A stretch of DNA of 64,000 nucleotides from Hormiphora californensis (GCA_020137815.1 CM035353.1:4712001-4776000); one strand, 5' to 3'; positions 37,831 to 51,269 are shown, counted from the first letter of the stretch. Notes: a model not told the origin generated them from the sequence alone. Made by a program: numbers and translations.

Positions 37831-38759
37831 AGCAAGTTTATTAAGACCAAGATCTTGGTCAGTTTGTTCATTTTGTCTTACTATTTTTTTACTGGATTAC
37901 CCCATGCTAGGCTCCAGCCCGCTCTCATCTTTGTTGTTATTGTTGACTATGGCTTAGTCGTAGAATGACTTAAAATGGGTGTCGGGCGTTATAGCCTCCA
38001 CTCTCCAGCCACTATTTTATGTATTTGGAAGGTTTTACACCACTTCATTATATAACTAACGGGATCTTGGCCATCACGTCAAATAAGCTGTTTCACTTTC
38101 AGAAATTGATTAAGCCTTGTTTATCGTTTTATATCTTAATATCTTTATATATATATATATATATATCTTTTTTTATCTTTTTATTGTCACCTTATCGACA
38201 AAATGTAGGTGAGTAACGGTTGAAGACACACTAAACTTCCCTTCCAAATTTCTTTGTTCATCGCCACTCTCCACCCACCTCTTGAACATTCCCACTCTGC
38301 AATATGGAATCGAATCAGTTGTTTGGTGAAGACAATTATATGGGTCATTCAAAAAAGACGTTCATGATGACAGGAAGATCCATAGTAAGATGCACTTTGG
38401 AGACGACCGTCTGACGGTAATTTCGCTCGTCAGACAACCATCACGATCGTTACGAGCGTTTTACTTTTAGTGCAGGGCTTATTATTTAACTAACAAGATT
38501 GCAGATAACAGGGGGATAGAATATTCAACAGGGTTCTGCCACAGATTGTACCCGTTTCGTGTAAAATATTTTGTGAGAGTTTATGCAGTAATGGATACAT
38601 CTGAAGTTGGAATAATTGCAGTCAATACCTTCTATTCAGTAAAGTTTCGGCATTGTCGATTTGCGTTGGTGGTTTGCGAGAAGCTCACTTGAGTTGAGGC
38701 ATGTACTGTTTTCCAGATGGCATGTAGTCATCTCTCTTGGATATGAATTGGATTGGAGT

Positions 38760-39512
38760 CCCAGTGGTGCTCGATTGCTTAACGTTCAAATTGAATTGGC
38801 CGTTCAAAAAAGCGTTGCCGTTGGAAAATTTCAGTAAAAAATGTAAAATTTATGTGCGGGGTTCGAACCCGGGACCTTGCGTGTGATAAGTATGGCGCCT
38901 TAGCCACTCGGCCACATCGGAGATGTAGATTGACGTTTTTTAACGGCTTTATACCTTATTTGTGTCACTAATACTCACTACACCTATGAAATCAATTGAC
39001 TCTATCTTACCGATCTACCGCCTATCTACGGTTCTAAACTGTTCATTAGACCACACTTAGTCACAAATGGGGTTTGGTTTTGGTTGTTTTGAATTTTAAC
39101 TCATCAAATAAGCCATTTTCTCAAATTTTGACTAAGTCTCACTAGTAGACCTATGAAATCAATTGCCTCTATCTTACCGATCTACCGCCTATCTACGGTT
39201 CTAAACTGTTCATTAGACCACACTTAGTCACAAATGGGGTTTGGTTTTGGTTGTTTTGAATTTTAACTCATCTAATAAGCCATTTTCTCAAATTTTTACT
39301 AAGTCTCACTAGGCCTATGAAATCAATTGACTCTATCTTACCGATCTACCACCTATCTACAGTTCTATACTGTTCATTAGACCACACTTAGTCACAAATT
39401 GGGTTTGGTTTTGGTTGTTGTGAATTTTGCCGTTCAGATGAGCTATTTTCTTCAAATTTTGCCGTTCAAAATATTTCGATAGAGTTAAGATTTTCAATCG
39501 AGCACCACTGGG
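38760..39512. mobile_element. MITE with CCCAGTGGTGCTCGATTG TIRs, 8-10 bp TSD (G)ATTGGAGT(C), three ~165-bp internal repeats and a tRNA-like segment
   Basis: TIRs and TSD are read directly. Repeat units start at 38983, 39150 and 39314. Confidence 0.85.
38854..38920 (-). promoter_or_regulatory. tRNA-derived Pol III A/B-box segment inside a MITE
   Basis: Minus strand reads TGGCCGAGTGGCTAAGG...GGTTCGAACCC. Confidence 0.6.
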
Positions 39513-39704
39513 ATTGGAGTCGAAGGAACGTACACTAATTAATTAATTTAATAAGCTATAACTATGTCCAGTGGACCTATACTACTACTAAAACTTACCA
39601 AATGACAATCCTGTTATTGTCTTGACTTGTCTCCAAAGGCAACTCGCCATTGATTTCTGACTATCTCCGGCAACTTTTCAGTCAACGTTCTGTTGAACAC
39701 GGGT

Positions 39705-39860
39705 CAAAGGTTAGTCAAAGCTGCACACACTTTTTGAGAGATGCATAGTTCAGTAAGGGATGTGAAACGGTATTACTCATCACGGAGTATCTTTTCAGGT
39801 AACCAATTGTTCTTTCCACATGGACACGGAAACGGCTGACATTTCGATTGTTCTCTCCTT
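39705..39860 (-). pseudogene. ISL2EU/Harbinger-type DDE transposase C-terminal fragment
   Basis: NRNVSRFRVHVERTIGYLKRY..VCAALTNL matches RIHVER.IG.LK...VC.AL.NL. Confidence 0.7.
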
Positions 39861-41332
39861 GTAATAACTAATTGAGTAACTGGTTATGCGATCTAGCAAT
39901 AATAATAATCGCTCTCAGTCTTACTAGATGATTTCAGTTTGATCTCATTATTTCATATTGCATCTGGTTACATTTGCCTCCGTCAGAATCTGTTTTTCTT
40001 TGCAATGTCAATGAAATTCCACAGTGTCGGATCGAGATATTATAATGGTGGCAATTGGTGTCCCACGCGGCGAGGGTCTTGTGTTTCGTCTAGGCCAGAT
40101 TCCTCGATGGCAAGGGCAGAATAATACTGGTCGAACTGGGCCTGGACCGGCCCTCTCATCAGCTAGTGCCCCTGAACGGGGGAACCGCCACCCTTTAGAT
40201 CTAACCTTGTCGAGGAATCTCAGTCGGACTCTCTATGGGTCTTCTTCAATGTCTATCACCACTTGCCGGCTTGTAGTCTTTCTAAAGTTTTTGGATGCTT
40301 ATAATGTTCATCAAGGCTTGCCCGACCCCTGTCACTTTCTTCAAGTCAGGTTTTTCTCCGTGGATAAACGCCCTCTAAGAATATCCTCAACAAACTTGGC
40401 AGTTTGTTCAACATTTTTTCTAAAGTCAAATCGTCGCTGCTACGCGACGGCTGGTAAAGTATGTTGGCAGCATTTAAAACATGATCGGTAATCTGTCTAC
40501 TGATGTACTCATGACCTCTTTACTATATTGAGGCCCCTTGTTTATAAACCGTCATCTTCTCCCACATAATAATTATTTACATTTACCATTTACCATTTTT
40601 TGCATCTATATAATAATTGTGCTTGGATCAACAATGTTGTCCGCCACTTCCTCCCTCAGAGCCAGCTTGGTCGCCTTGGTTAGAAGCCCCCATTTACTCT
40701 GTAAGGGGCACAGTCTCCATTGGGATGGGTTGGTAATCATTTCTGCGTCTCGATCTGGGATACCTGTACAAAAACGACGTTTACACTGCCCTACACTCAT
40801 CACTGAAACTTCATCGAGGATCCTTGGTCATACTTGTCTTCTCACTTATTTATATCTGAGTTTTTTCAAAGAGCTTGTTACTGCCTGCCAGTTTGTTGCT
40901 CAGTTTGATGGGTGTGAAAGACATGAAGAGTTGATGGATGAATGACAGGATTCAGCAATATAAATTGTATTACATACTTTCAATGCCACGAACAAGAAGC
41001 AAACCCAGCCTCTCTAGCGATTGTTTTTAGTTGGAATGTTGTTAACGCCATCACTTTGTCTACGCCTTCCTTCATATGTCGGAGACCCAAGGTGATCTTA
41101 ACAGCGCTCCCATCCTGACAAATTGAACTGAAATTAATACCAAATTATGTTTTGGTTGATGAACATCATCATTAAAAAGATGCTTATCGTTTTGTTCATC
41201 ATCAACTGCCTTAAAAAAGCAGTGTGCGGACCATTAGATGGTCATCATCATGTAAGAGCCGGCTTTTGCATCTATAATAATTGTGCTGTCCGATCAACAG
41301 TGTTGTCCACAACTTCCTCGGAGCCAGCTTGG

Positions 41333-41752
41333 TCATTGCTGCAGTTTATAGCATGTTTTCACATCATGTCCCCTCATGTGACAAAATGTGCACACTTCTG
41401 GTGCGGGTGTGGGCAAGGGCTGTGAAACCGGAACGCTCCCCGCTGGGATGCTCCCTGTGTCATCTAACGTTAAGTATCTGAATGATCTTTCCAGCGAGAG
41501 GTTCTCCTCTTTCAACTTTAGAGCCGGTGGTTTCTGAATCAATCGTATGGGGGACATTTCCCTTCGGCGATCCACCTGTCTGCCGTACGACCGTACTGAT
41601 CTGTGTGAAGAGGCAACGGACGATGCACTGAGATTAGGCAATAGGTCTCTCTGCGGTGACTTGCGGAATAGGTCTATATGCAGAGATCTGCGAGGAGGAT
41701 CTCTTACTGGAGATATGCTCCACAGATCATTTCTCAACTCCGAAAAATACAA
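41333..41752 (-). pseudogene. gag-like fragment with CCHC zinc knuckle
   Basis: CTFCHMRGHDVKTC follows an R/S/P-rich linker. Confidence 0.55.
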
Positions 41753-42207
41753 AATACAAATATTTCATACAAAATAAAGTACTCATATCACAAAATCACC
41801 ACACCGGGGACATTCGATTTACATTTTCTCCTGTGTAACTTCAACCTTGACATTTTCCCACTTCCTCTGTTGTTTGTTCAGGATCTTGGAAAAGTAACTA
41901 TTTAACTTTCCATGCTCATGTTAGGGCAATGTATATAATTAGAATCCTATCGCTTGCCGTGTTACCGGGCAAGAATTTCAGGAACTCACCATGCTCTTGA
42001 GCTCTCTTCTTGAAATCTAGGTCGGATTCCTCGAAGTCAGATTCCTCGATGTCATTATACCAAGCGCAGAATGATACTAGTCGAACAGGGCTCGGTGGTA
42101 TGTATATCAGCATTTTCAGTTTCAACTATCTATGGTTGAGGGGGACTGGACTGAGGTCTCGACTTAAAAATAGATATATGCTCAATACTTTTTCAGTAAA
42201 TTATTAG

Positions 42208-43635
42208 CACCCCCTGTCCGGAGTACTGCTTTTTTTTCCTCTGTGTGTGTGTCGCAACACTGGAATGATGCGCGTTCAGGGCATGTTTCAAGTTCCACGT
42301 GTCATAGCGCAGCCACTAATTAGATTAAGGAATAATCATTCACACTAGGTTCAAGCCCAGACAATTCCTAACACTCTAGATCAAACCCGAACTTGAATGG
42401 ATAAACACAAGCTAGGTTATGGGCTCTTTTGTAAAAGTTGTCATGATTTTGTACACCACGATATTTGTCAACCTAGACAACTTCTCCGGCTCACTGAGAG
42501 AGTAATACCCCGAAAATCAAAAAAAGGTGAGATATGTCCATCTGGAAATCGTCTGCTGAAGAAGCTAGTGAAATTCTTTTTGAAAACCGACATAAAATGT
42601 AGACAGTAGAGATGCGGGATGGACATCATGCTCATAATTCGTGTGGTGCGTCACAGTGCTGACACATTGAAGTTTAGAGAGTACTGCTTTTTTCCGGAGT
42701 ACTGCTTTTTCTCTCTCTGCCATTAGAGCGCGTAGGGGGGCTGTGTGTGAGGACTGTGAGTGTGTCGGGGTGTATCCAGACTGCGTAGAAGTGTGTGGTT
42801 ACATTCTGTCTCTTACACGATTTAGTGTACCGAATATTACAAGACTAGAATGTTATAATTATACGTGTCACACAATGCTTTTCCCTCAGCTCTCCTGACC
42901 CATTTCTCAACCAATATCTGCTACCTCATCGCTCAATTATCCCATCACTCACAGCAAACCTATACCGTTGCAACCTCACCATCAGCTACCCAATCTCTCT
43001 GCTACTCCATCTTTTAGCTACCCAAGTCCCTACCCTTAGAGTTAGCTAATCCACCAGTTACCCCACGGCCCTGATCCCCTCATCTATTCCATCTCTCAGC
43101 TATCATACTGCTCAGCTACCCCGCCCTGCTAGGTATATATCAGATCTTAATGGATGCCAGTAAAGCCCCTCCTCCTCCCCCAAGATGTCCCTCAGACCTC
43201 ATTAGATACCTCTGACCCTCCTAGATACTCTCGAGATAATGTAGCAGGCTCTGAGGGATATATCTACTAGTGTGTAAGGAGTATCCAATAAAGTTTGCGG
43301 TATCTATATCTCAAATACGCCTGCCAGAATGTCTCAAATTTTGTTCTATACCTCTAAAAACCCCTAGATACTCCTATTTTCTTCATAGAAATCATCAGAT
43401 ACTCCTTAGACCATTCTAGATACCCCTCAGAGGCCTCCTAGAATTCTAGAAATCTCTCAGACCCTATACCTACTATTAAAATACTACGCTGACTACTACT
43501 CCGACTATATTATTCCGGCTATCAGAACCAATTTTCAGCCGTCTCTTCACCATCTCATCTCTCCCTCTCTGTCTCTCCCTCTCTGTCTGTCTGTCTCTGT
43601 CTGTCTCTGTCTGTCTTTGTCTGTCTGTCTGTCTG

Positions 43636-43697
<62 letters not shown>

Positions 43698-43719
43698 TCT
43701 CTTTCTCAATTTCCGAAAC

Positions 43720-43805
<86 letters not shown>

Positions 43806-44506
43806 AAGAGAGAGAGAGAAAGGAAGCGCTTCTGATCGATGTCGCTGTACCAAAGGACAGGTCAGTGTCGGACAGGGAGATGGAGAAGATCGAGAAGTAC
43901 CAAGAACTACGGAGGGAGCTCACACGAATTTGGGATCTTAAAAAGGCCACGGTCATCCCTATCGTGATCGGAGCTCTTGGCGGAGTCAGCCCCCGACTGG
44001 AGAAGTACCTGACTGCTATAACCCGCCAAGTTTACCCCTCACAGCTCCAAAAGTCGGTACTCTTCAACTCGATGAACACGCTCCGGAAAGTTCTCGACAT
44101 GTAATCAGCCTCCTGTAACCCCACTAGATGTATTATATTTGTATTAGTATTCTACCGTTTCACCCGTTCCTGCTTGCTATTAGACTGCCTTAGATTCCGT
44201 TCCAGACGTTTTGTTCCCGATAAGTTGTCTCTTCTTAGGCTCCGTTCCAGATGGTTGGGCTTCTTTCCAGATAGTTTAGGAGGTCTTATGCTCCGTCTCC
44301 ATGAGCTTTAATTCCCCTTTAAATATTTTCCCCTTACTTTAACCCATATGTACATTGTTCAACTTACCCCTATGTACATTGTTCTTCCTACCTTTACTCC
44401 GCAGGCCCTCCGGGCCCTCAGATCCAACAGGATCCGGGCTCGGGGGATTTAACCCTGTTCCCACATGGGACCTTACGGCCCCATGTGGGAGTGGTGCGTG
44501 TAGTGG

Positions 44507-44577
<71 letters not shown>

Positions 44578-44578
44578 A

Positions 44579-44634
<56 letters not shown>

Positions 44635-46032
44635 CGGGCCTTCAGATCCAACAAGATCCGGGCCCGGGGGATTTAACCCTGCTCTTGCATGGGACCTTAC
44701 GGGAGGAGGGGTATCTAGAATTATGGTCTAAGGAGTATCTAATGATTTCTATGGTATCTAGAATTGTTTTAGGGATGTCTAATAATTTTTTGAGGGGCAC
44801 CTCATAAGATATTAGAGTCTGGTGCATGGTTTCTATGAAGAAAATAGGAGTATCTAGGGGTTTTTAGAGGTATAGAACAAAATTTGAGAGACATTCTGGC
44901 ACTCTGGCAGGCGTACTTGAGATATAGATACCGCAAACTTCATTGGATACTCCTTACATACTAGTAGATACCCCTCAGAGCCTGCTACATTATCTCGAGA
45001 GTATCTATAGGAGGGTCAGAGGTATCTAATGAGGTCTGGGGGACATCTTGTGAGAGGAGGAGGGGCTTTACTGGCATCCATTAAGATCTGATATGTACCT
45101 AGCAGGGCGGGGTAGCTGAGCAGTATGATAGCTGAGAGATGGAATAGATTAGGGGATCAGGGCCGTGGGGTAGCTAACTGGTGGATTAGCTAACTCTAAG
45201 GGTAGGGACTTGGGTAGCTAAAAGATGGAGTAGCAGAGAGATTGGGTAGCTGATGGTGAGGTTACAACGGTATAGGTTTGCTGTGAGTGATGGGATAGTT
45301 GAGCGATGAGGTAGCAGATATTGGTTGAGAAATGGGTCAGGAGAGCTGAGGGAAAAGCATTGTGTGACACGTATAATTATAATATTCTAGTCTTGTAATA
45401 TTCGGTACACTAAATCGTGTAAGAGACAGAATGTAACCACGCACTTCTACGCAGTCTGGATACACCCCGACACACTCGATCACAGTCCTCACACACAGCC
45501 CCCCTACGCGCTCTCATGGCAGAGAGAGAAAAAGCAGTACTCCGGAAAAAAAGCAGTACTCTCTAAACTTCAATGTGTCAGCACTGTGACGCACCACACG
45601 AATTATGAGCATGATGTCCATCCCGCATCTCTACTGTCTACATTTTATGTCGGTTTTCAAAAAGAATTTCACTAGCTTCTTCAGCAGACGATTTCCAGAT
45701 GGACATATCTCACCTTTTTTTGATTTTCGGGGTATTACTCTCTCAGTGAGCCGGAGAAGTTGTCTAGGTTGACAAATATCGTGGTGTACAAAATCATGAC
45801 AACTTTTACAAAAGAGCCCATAACCTAGCTTGTGTTTATCCATTCAAGTTCGGGTTTGATCTAGAGTGTTAGGAATTGTCTGGGCTTGAACCTAGTGTGA
45901 ATGATTATTCCTTAATCTAATTAGTGGCTGCGCTATGACACGTGGAACTTGAAACATGCCCTGAACGCGCATCATTCCAGTGTTGCGACACACACACAGA
46001 GGAAAAAAAAGCAGTACTCCGGACAGGGGGTG
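42208..46032. mobile_element. 3.8-kb foldback element (CACCCCCTGTCC termini, 5-bp TSD ATTAG, ~1.25-kb arms)
   Basis: 42208-~43470 is mirrored by ~44705-46032. ATTAG lies at 42203-07 and 46033-37. Confidence 0.95.
43820..44509 (+). mobile_element. 5'-truncated R4/Dong-clade retrotransposon 3' end embedded in (AG)n
   Basis: LLIDVAVPKD...EKIEKYQELRRELTRIW..VIPIVIGALG..LQKSVL..LRKVL* (RLE C-terminus) plus 3' UTR, bounded on both sides by (AG)n. A second 3'-UTR piece is at 44633-44702. Confidence 0.8.
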
Positions 46033-46353
46033 ATTAGAGGCAGCACCTCCGAGCATTTTTGGGTTTGTTTTAGCCCCCTTAGGGCTTATATTATATTATG
46101 TACAAGATTAAAAAATATATGTTACCATAATTATTGATTTAAGTGCACGACTTACCATTACACAATGCTTCAGCAAGTGAAATCGGAAGACAACTCTAGC
46201 TTATCATGCCCCTCTATCATTGGTTTAAGAGCAGTGAATGCTGGGAACTTCCGCACAGGTAGCGCCCATACTGCCACTCCCAGCTTCTCCCCCAGCTCAC
46301 CCTCAAATGTATTTGGTCCCATGGATGACATTTATTATCAAGATAACTGTTAA

Positions 46354-47519
46354 AGGTTGACAAGATACCTAAAACCTAAAGGTTGACAAGATACCTAAAA
46401 CTTTTCGTATATCGTCTTATTTTGATTTATCATTAGTTTTCAGCATTTTTTCAGCATTTTTTGTCGGCTAGAAAAAAATTCGAAATAGGGGGTCTACCGA
46501 TATTGTCAGCACTGGTTTTACTGGGCACACTCACTGCGTCTCGCAAATTGAAATACACGTTTCCTGTTCCTCAAAAGATAGCTACTTGATCTTGGTTGCG
46601 TTGGATTGGCCTTAATAAGACCTTTCCAACGCTACCAAAACGGTTTCTGTATCTCATCAGGAACCGGAGATATTCCAGTATCAATCTCTATTATAATTTG
46701 GAGATGAACGACGTCGAAGTGGTCGTTCGTTAGGCGGTATCTAAGCGACAGTCTGCTCCTTCATTAAGAATTTCAATGGCGTCCTGCAGTGGTGCAGTGA
46801 CCAAAATTACGTAACTATGGTGGAAGTTGAGCCCCGTGCACACAGTGGCTACTAACAGCGACTGCTTTAACTTCTCCTTCCGCTGCGCGCGTTCCTGGAA
46901 TGATAACTTCCTGTCATGACCTCTTCATGTTGCTATGGCACTGATTTAAATTGTTTTGGGTCCTCATGTGTGCTCACTGCTCCTGCTATCCGATCACATT
47001 TCATCTCATCAGAAACCAGGCCCTGTCAGTGTCACATATCTCACAGTCATCAGCTCAGTACACTGCACAGTGTCACATGTTTAAATTACCACACCCATTA
47101 TCATGGGAGTGTCGAATAGAACTCTAAATCAGATGTCAAACCCAAAGCGTTACGTGTAACACCCGGCCCTCTTTTGGGAGCAGTTGTTTTTACTTTGCTG
47201 GCAGTTTGAGATCATTTCGGTACATAATTTAGCAATTCAGTCTCCATAGTTACCGATTTAGTTGCCATGGCAACCATTGAGTTGGTGACATATGTGGGGA
47301 AAAAAGGGCCACCCGGCGAAGCCGGGTGGGTTATCAAAACGCCCTTACTTGGGGCGCACCCAATGGGTGCGCTAGTTTTAAAAAAGGCACACTCATTTGT
47401 CAGTAGACCCCCTATTTTGCACATATTTCTAGCCGACAAAAAATTCTGAAAAAATGCTGAAAATTAATGATAAATCAAATAAGACGATATACGAAAAGTT
47501 TTAGGTATCTTGTCAACCT
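46354..47519. mobile_element. Kolobok-like MITE (AGGTTGACAAGATACC termini, TTAA TSD)
   Basis: TTAA at 46350-53 and 47520-23, ~130-bp TIRs, and a duplicated left terminus. Confidence 0.85.
46685..47375 (+). mobile_element. Putative non-autonomous Helitron nested in the Kolobok-like MITE
   Basis: A|TCTCTATTATAA start, GC hairpins (CCCGGCGAAGCCGGG; GCGCACCCAATGGGTGCGC) and a CTAG|T end. Confidence 0.5.
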
Positions 47520-47703
47520 TTAATTCACAACATGCAATCGGTCTAAAATACCTTGAGTATCCTCAGAGTTTTCTGGAGTAAAATTCACACGCTTCAGTAA
47601 AATGGTGAACCAAACAGATTGCACAGATAACCCGGTGCTGGATTAATCTACCCGTAACAGCACCCTCTTCCAGGTGTTACCTCCACTCGGGAAATGTTTT
47701 CGA

Positions 47704-48864
47704 TAAATATTAAATATTAAATATTAAATATTAAATATTAAATATTGAATATTAAATATTAAATATTAAATATTAAATATTAAATATTAAATATTAAATA
47801 TTAAATACAGTCGGACCCCGATTTACCGGGATCCTCGGGGGAAGCCATTTTGCCCGGTAAATCGGGGTGCCCGGTATATCGGGGTAGAGCATATATGACC
47901 CATAAATCCTACCCATAAATCCTACTTTTGTCCAAAATTCTATACCAAGACACCTCTAACTGTATAGTATACATTTATTGATGACAATATGATCATTGCT
48001 TCTGTCATTAGAAATAGAAAATTTCAAAATTTCAAAAAAAATTATAAAAACTTTTTCTAAGGTAAACCACCGCGACCGAGTCCGAATCGTGTTTCGAATC
48101 GGTGCATCTTATCGCATGTCCTGCCGCTAATTAGACGGTTCGAAACGAAACAATACGTGATACCATGTCGAATCTGGGCACCCTATACTAAGCGGGGTGA
48201 GGAAGTATCAAAGTTTCAAAATAACATTTTCTCTGAAAATTTACGGGGAGCATCAATCAAAGCATTGACAATGATTCTGTAAAATTTTGCAAAAAAAAGT
48301 TATGAAATTTTTCTAAGGTATACCAGCCACGTTCGAATCGTGTTTCGAATCGGTGCATCTTATCACGTGTCCTGCCGCTAATTAGACGGTTCGAAACGAA
48401 CCGATACGTAATACCATGCCGAATCTGGGCATCCTAAGCGGGGCCGGGTGAGGAAGTATCAAAATTTCAAAATAACTTTTTCTCTGAAAATTTACGGGGA
48501 GCATCGATCAAAGCATTGACAATCATTCTGTAAAATTTTGCAAAAAAGTTATGAAATTTTTCTAAGGTATACCAGACACGTTCGAATCGTGTTTCGAATC
48601 GGTACATCTTATCACGTGTCCTGCCGCTAATTAGAAGGTTTGAAACGAACCGATACGTGATCCCCATTAGACCTAGCGAATTGCAAATGCAAGTTTACCA
48701 ACCGGTAAAACTTCGAAAATTTTTCAGAAAAAATCGGGGGAAAGAAATCCTCCCGGTAAATCGGGGTTCCGGTAAATCGGGGCCCGGTAAATCGGGGTCC
48801 GACTGTATTAAATATTAAATATTAAATATTAAATATTAAATATTAAATATTAAATATTAAATAT
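47704..48864. repeat. (TAAATAT)n heptamer array split by a pogo-like MITE
   Basis: Read directly from the sequence. Confidence 0.95.
47808..48805. mobile_element. Long pogo-like MITE copy with ~3 internal ~240-bp repeats
   Basis: CAGTCGGACCCCGATTTA TIRs with TA TSD. Confidence 0.9.
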
Positions 48865-48987
48865 CAAATCCCTCCTCCTGGAACATAATTTCCGCTTCTT
48901 CTTCGTCAGATCAGGGGATTGCTAGGGGAGTTGCGTCCTTAGTTTCCTTAACGTGTCCCTGTAGTTGTCTACCTGCGATTTCCTCCA

Positions 48988-49746
48988 CTATTTCTTCAGA
49001 TTGTTGTTTATCTCCGTTTGTGGAATTAGGTAGCTTTCTGGATTGGGAAATTCTATTGCCGCTGCCTCTTTGGCAAGGGTATCGGCTCTTTCGTTACCCG
49101 CGATGCCCGTGTGCCCAGGGCACCAATTCACCGTAGTTTCTATTCTTAATGCCAGATTGTTCAAGATGTCCACCAATCTGCTGGTGGATAGATGTTTGAT
49201 GGGGTTCTTGGAGAGTCTCATTAGCACGACCATACTGTCCGTGAAAAAGCTAATACTCTTTATGGTAAGATCTGAAAGTATGGTCCTAAGCGCATCCTCT
49301 GCTAGTTGGAGCGCCTTGGTTTCAGCGGATGTGATTGTCTCAGAAGAGTGGAGTTTGTATTGCCTCTCATACACCGTCGCCCCATCTCTTAACAGGCACC
49401 ACCCGCCGCCTACATATTCCCCTTTTACCGAACCGTCCGAGTACACTTGGATGTTGCCTGGTTGAGGTGATGGTATGGATGGATGTTCAGTCCGGACTTT
49501 AAAGCGGATAACTTTGAAGTCCGGTAGGCATTCGTCAATCGGGTTTTCTTTGGTCAATCTCCGAGCATCGTCGGAGACGACTGCTCGATGGCTCATCCAT
49601 TTCGACCCTTTGGCCTTTAGTGAGGTTGGGGGACACATATCGTTGCAGGAGTCTTTTATCTGGTTTGTTATTGCCCTCCTTCTTGCTGCCATAGAACACG
49701 CCACCAACATTGGAGTTGTGGTGGAGCACCCCAGAATTTCCTGCAT
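48988..49746 (-). pseudogene. Non-LTR retrotransposon RNase H domain fragment
   Basis: VYSDGS, SAE, FTDS and WCPGHTGIAGNERAD; the D-E-D-D residues are present. Confidence 0.9.
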
Positions 49747-50589
49747 CTAGGTTGCTAGGGAGTTGCTAGGGGAGTTGCGTCCTGCATCTGTTCAGTCAAT
49801 AGCGCCAGAATTTCCTGCATCTGTTCTGTCAATAGCGATCTGTTAACAGATAACAATTTTTATTTAGCATCCCTTGCGGGCGGGGGATTTGCACCAAATT
49901 CTCCTCAAAATAGCGCTTGGCTGCTTCACGGCTGTTAAGCCTTATTTCGGGGGTTTGTTTCTGGGGTCTCCGTCACGGGTCTTGCTCATCCTGAGACTTC
50001 ACTTATCACACTGTCTAGTAAGTAGTGACATACTGTCTTGGCTAAAATAGAGAGAGGGCGTCTCATTATTACAATTTACAATTTAGGGAGTGCTATTTTT
50101 GTTATTCGATCAATTATATGAAAGGTTTATGAATTATGTTTCGACTTTCGAATCGAAAGCCTTATTGATCGTTAGCCTTCCTCGGCAGCAATTTTAGCAA
50201 GCTTATCCAGTGGCCCCATCCATCCCCTATTTTTCCTTGCCCCCTATTATTATTGTTATTATGTACTATTAATTAAATCATAACTTAAATTTTCCTTTTT
50301 ATTAGTTTGGGATTCTTTGTTCCTTTCCTTGATAAGAAATGTGATTTGGAAATGATTTTATCCGTTCTTTCTTATACCTGTACCTGTCCAGATGACCACT
50401 TTGTTTCCAAAAGTACTTGGTGGTTGTTTTATTATTTCCTGAGAACTGTTCACAAATGTTAGGTGGATGATGATATGTGTCTCCTGCCACGTGATACAGT
50501 AACACGATGAGTGTTGAGTAATGTTAGCTTATTATTACTATTAAGTTTCTTAGATGTTCATCCTAGTCTCCTATGTTCATCCTAGTCTC

Positions 50590-50970
50590 CTTCTATCAGA
50601 CGGGGAAGTTGAGTTCTATGTGCCTTAACATCCGCTTCCGTGTAACTGAATTATAACTCGATCGGTGAATCGGTTTGCTTGAAGCTCAAAATCAGCTCTT
50701 CAGCAGTCCAATCGGAATTTTCCGCTCGTCCTGAAATTACTTTGAGTCTGAAAAAGGTAATGGGTGATGAATTGCTCTCTGCCCACAACTTCAACAACAG
50801 TCTGTTAGGAGAGAGTGTAATTGGTTATTGGGGGAGCTATTTTCTCTAATGTCTGAACACCCACAGTCTGTCCAATATTACCTATATTTCACCGCTGCGC
50901 CCACACCGTTGCAAGCTGGCCTTTTCCATTACCCGCCTCGAACCACAGCCACTTTACCGATTCAACCTGC
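50590..50970 (-). pseudogene. Sola2-like transposase fragment with apparent intron
   Basis: WFEAGNGKG(frameshift)CNGVGAAVK resembles FEAGHGKG.CDGVG. A GT donor is near 50881 and a TTTTCAG acceptor near 50748. Confidence 0.55.
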
Positions 50971-51269
50971 AAACTATAGTCATCCTAGTCTCCTTCAATT
51001 ATCTTTGGAATTCCTAATAATAATGTTAAATATATGCCCAGAGGGCCACCCGGCATGTGTAGTTCGAATTTGTTATTTGAATTGACTTCCGTTTGGCTAG
51101 ATTATATAGTGGTAATGCTGCCGCTGCATTAATTGGACTATCAACAACTGCAGGTGGGGCATCAATAATCGATTTATTCTTTCGAGATATATTGATTTAG
51201 CTGCTTCGGTTTTTTTGCAACACCATCGAGAGAGAGAGAATTTCAGTCTCTTAACCTGCAGTCGCATTG

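Noticed and set aside
40780-40950. PIF1/Helitron helicase fragment (ILDEVSVM)
   Set aside because: It is one short Walker-B-like match among stop codons, too weak to call.
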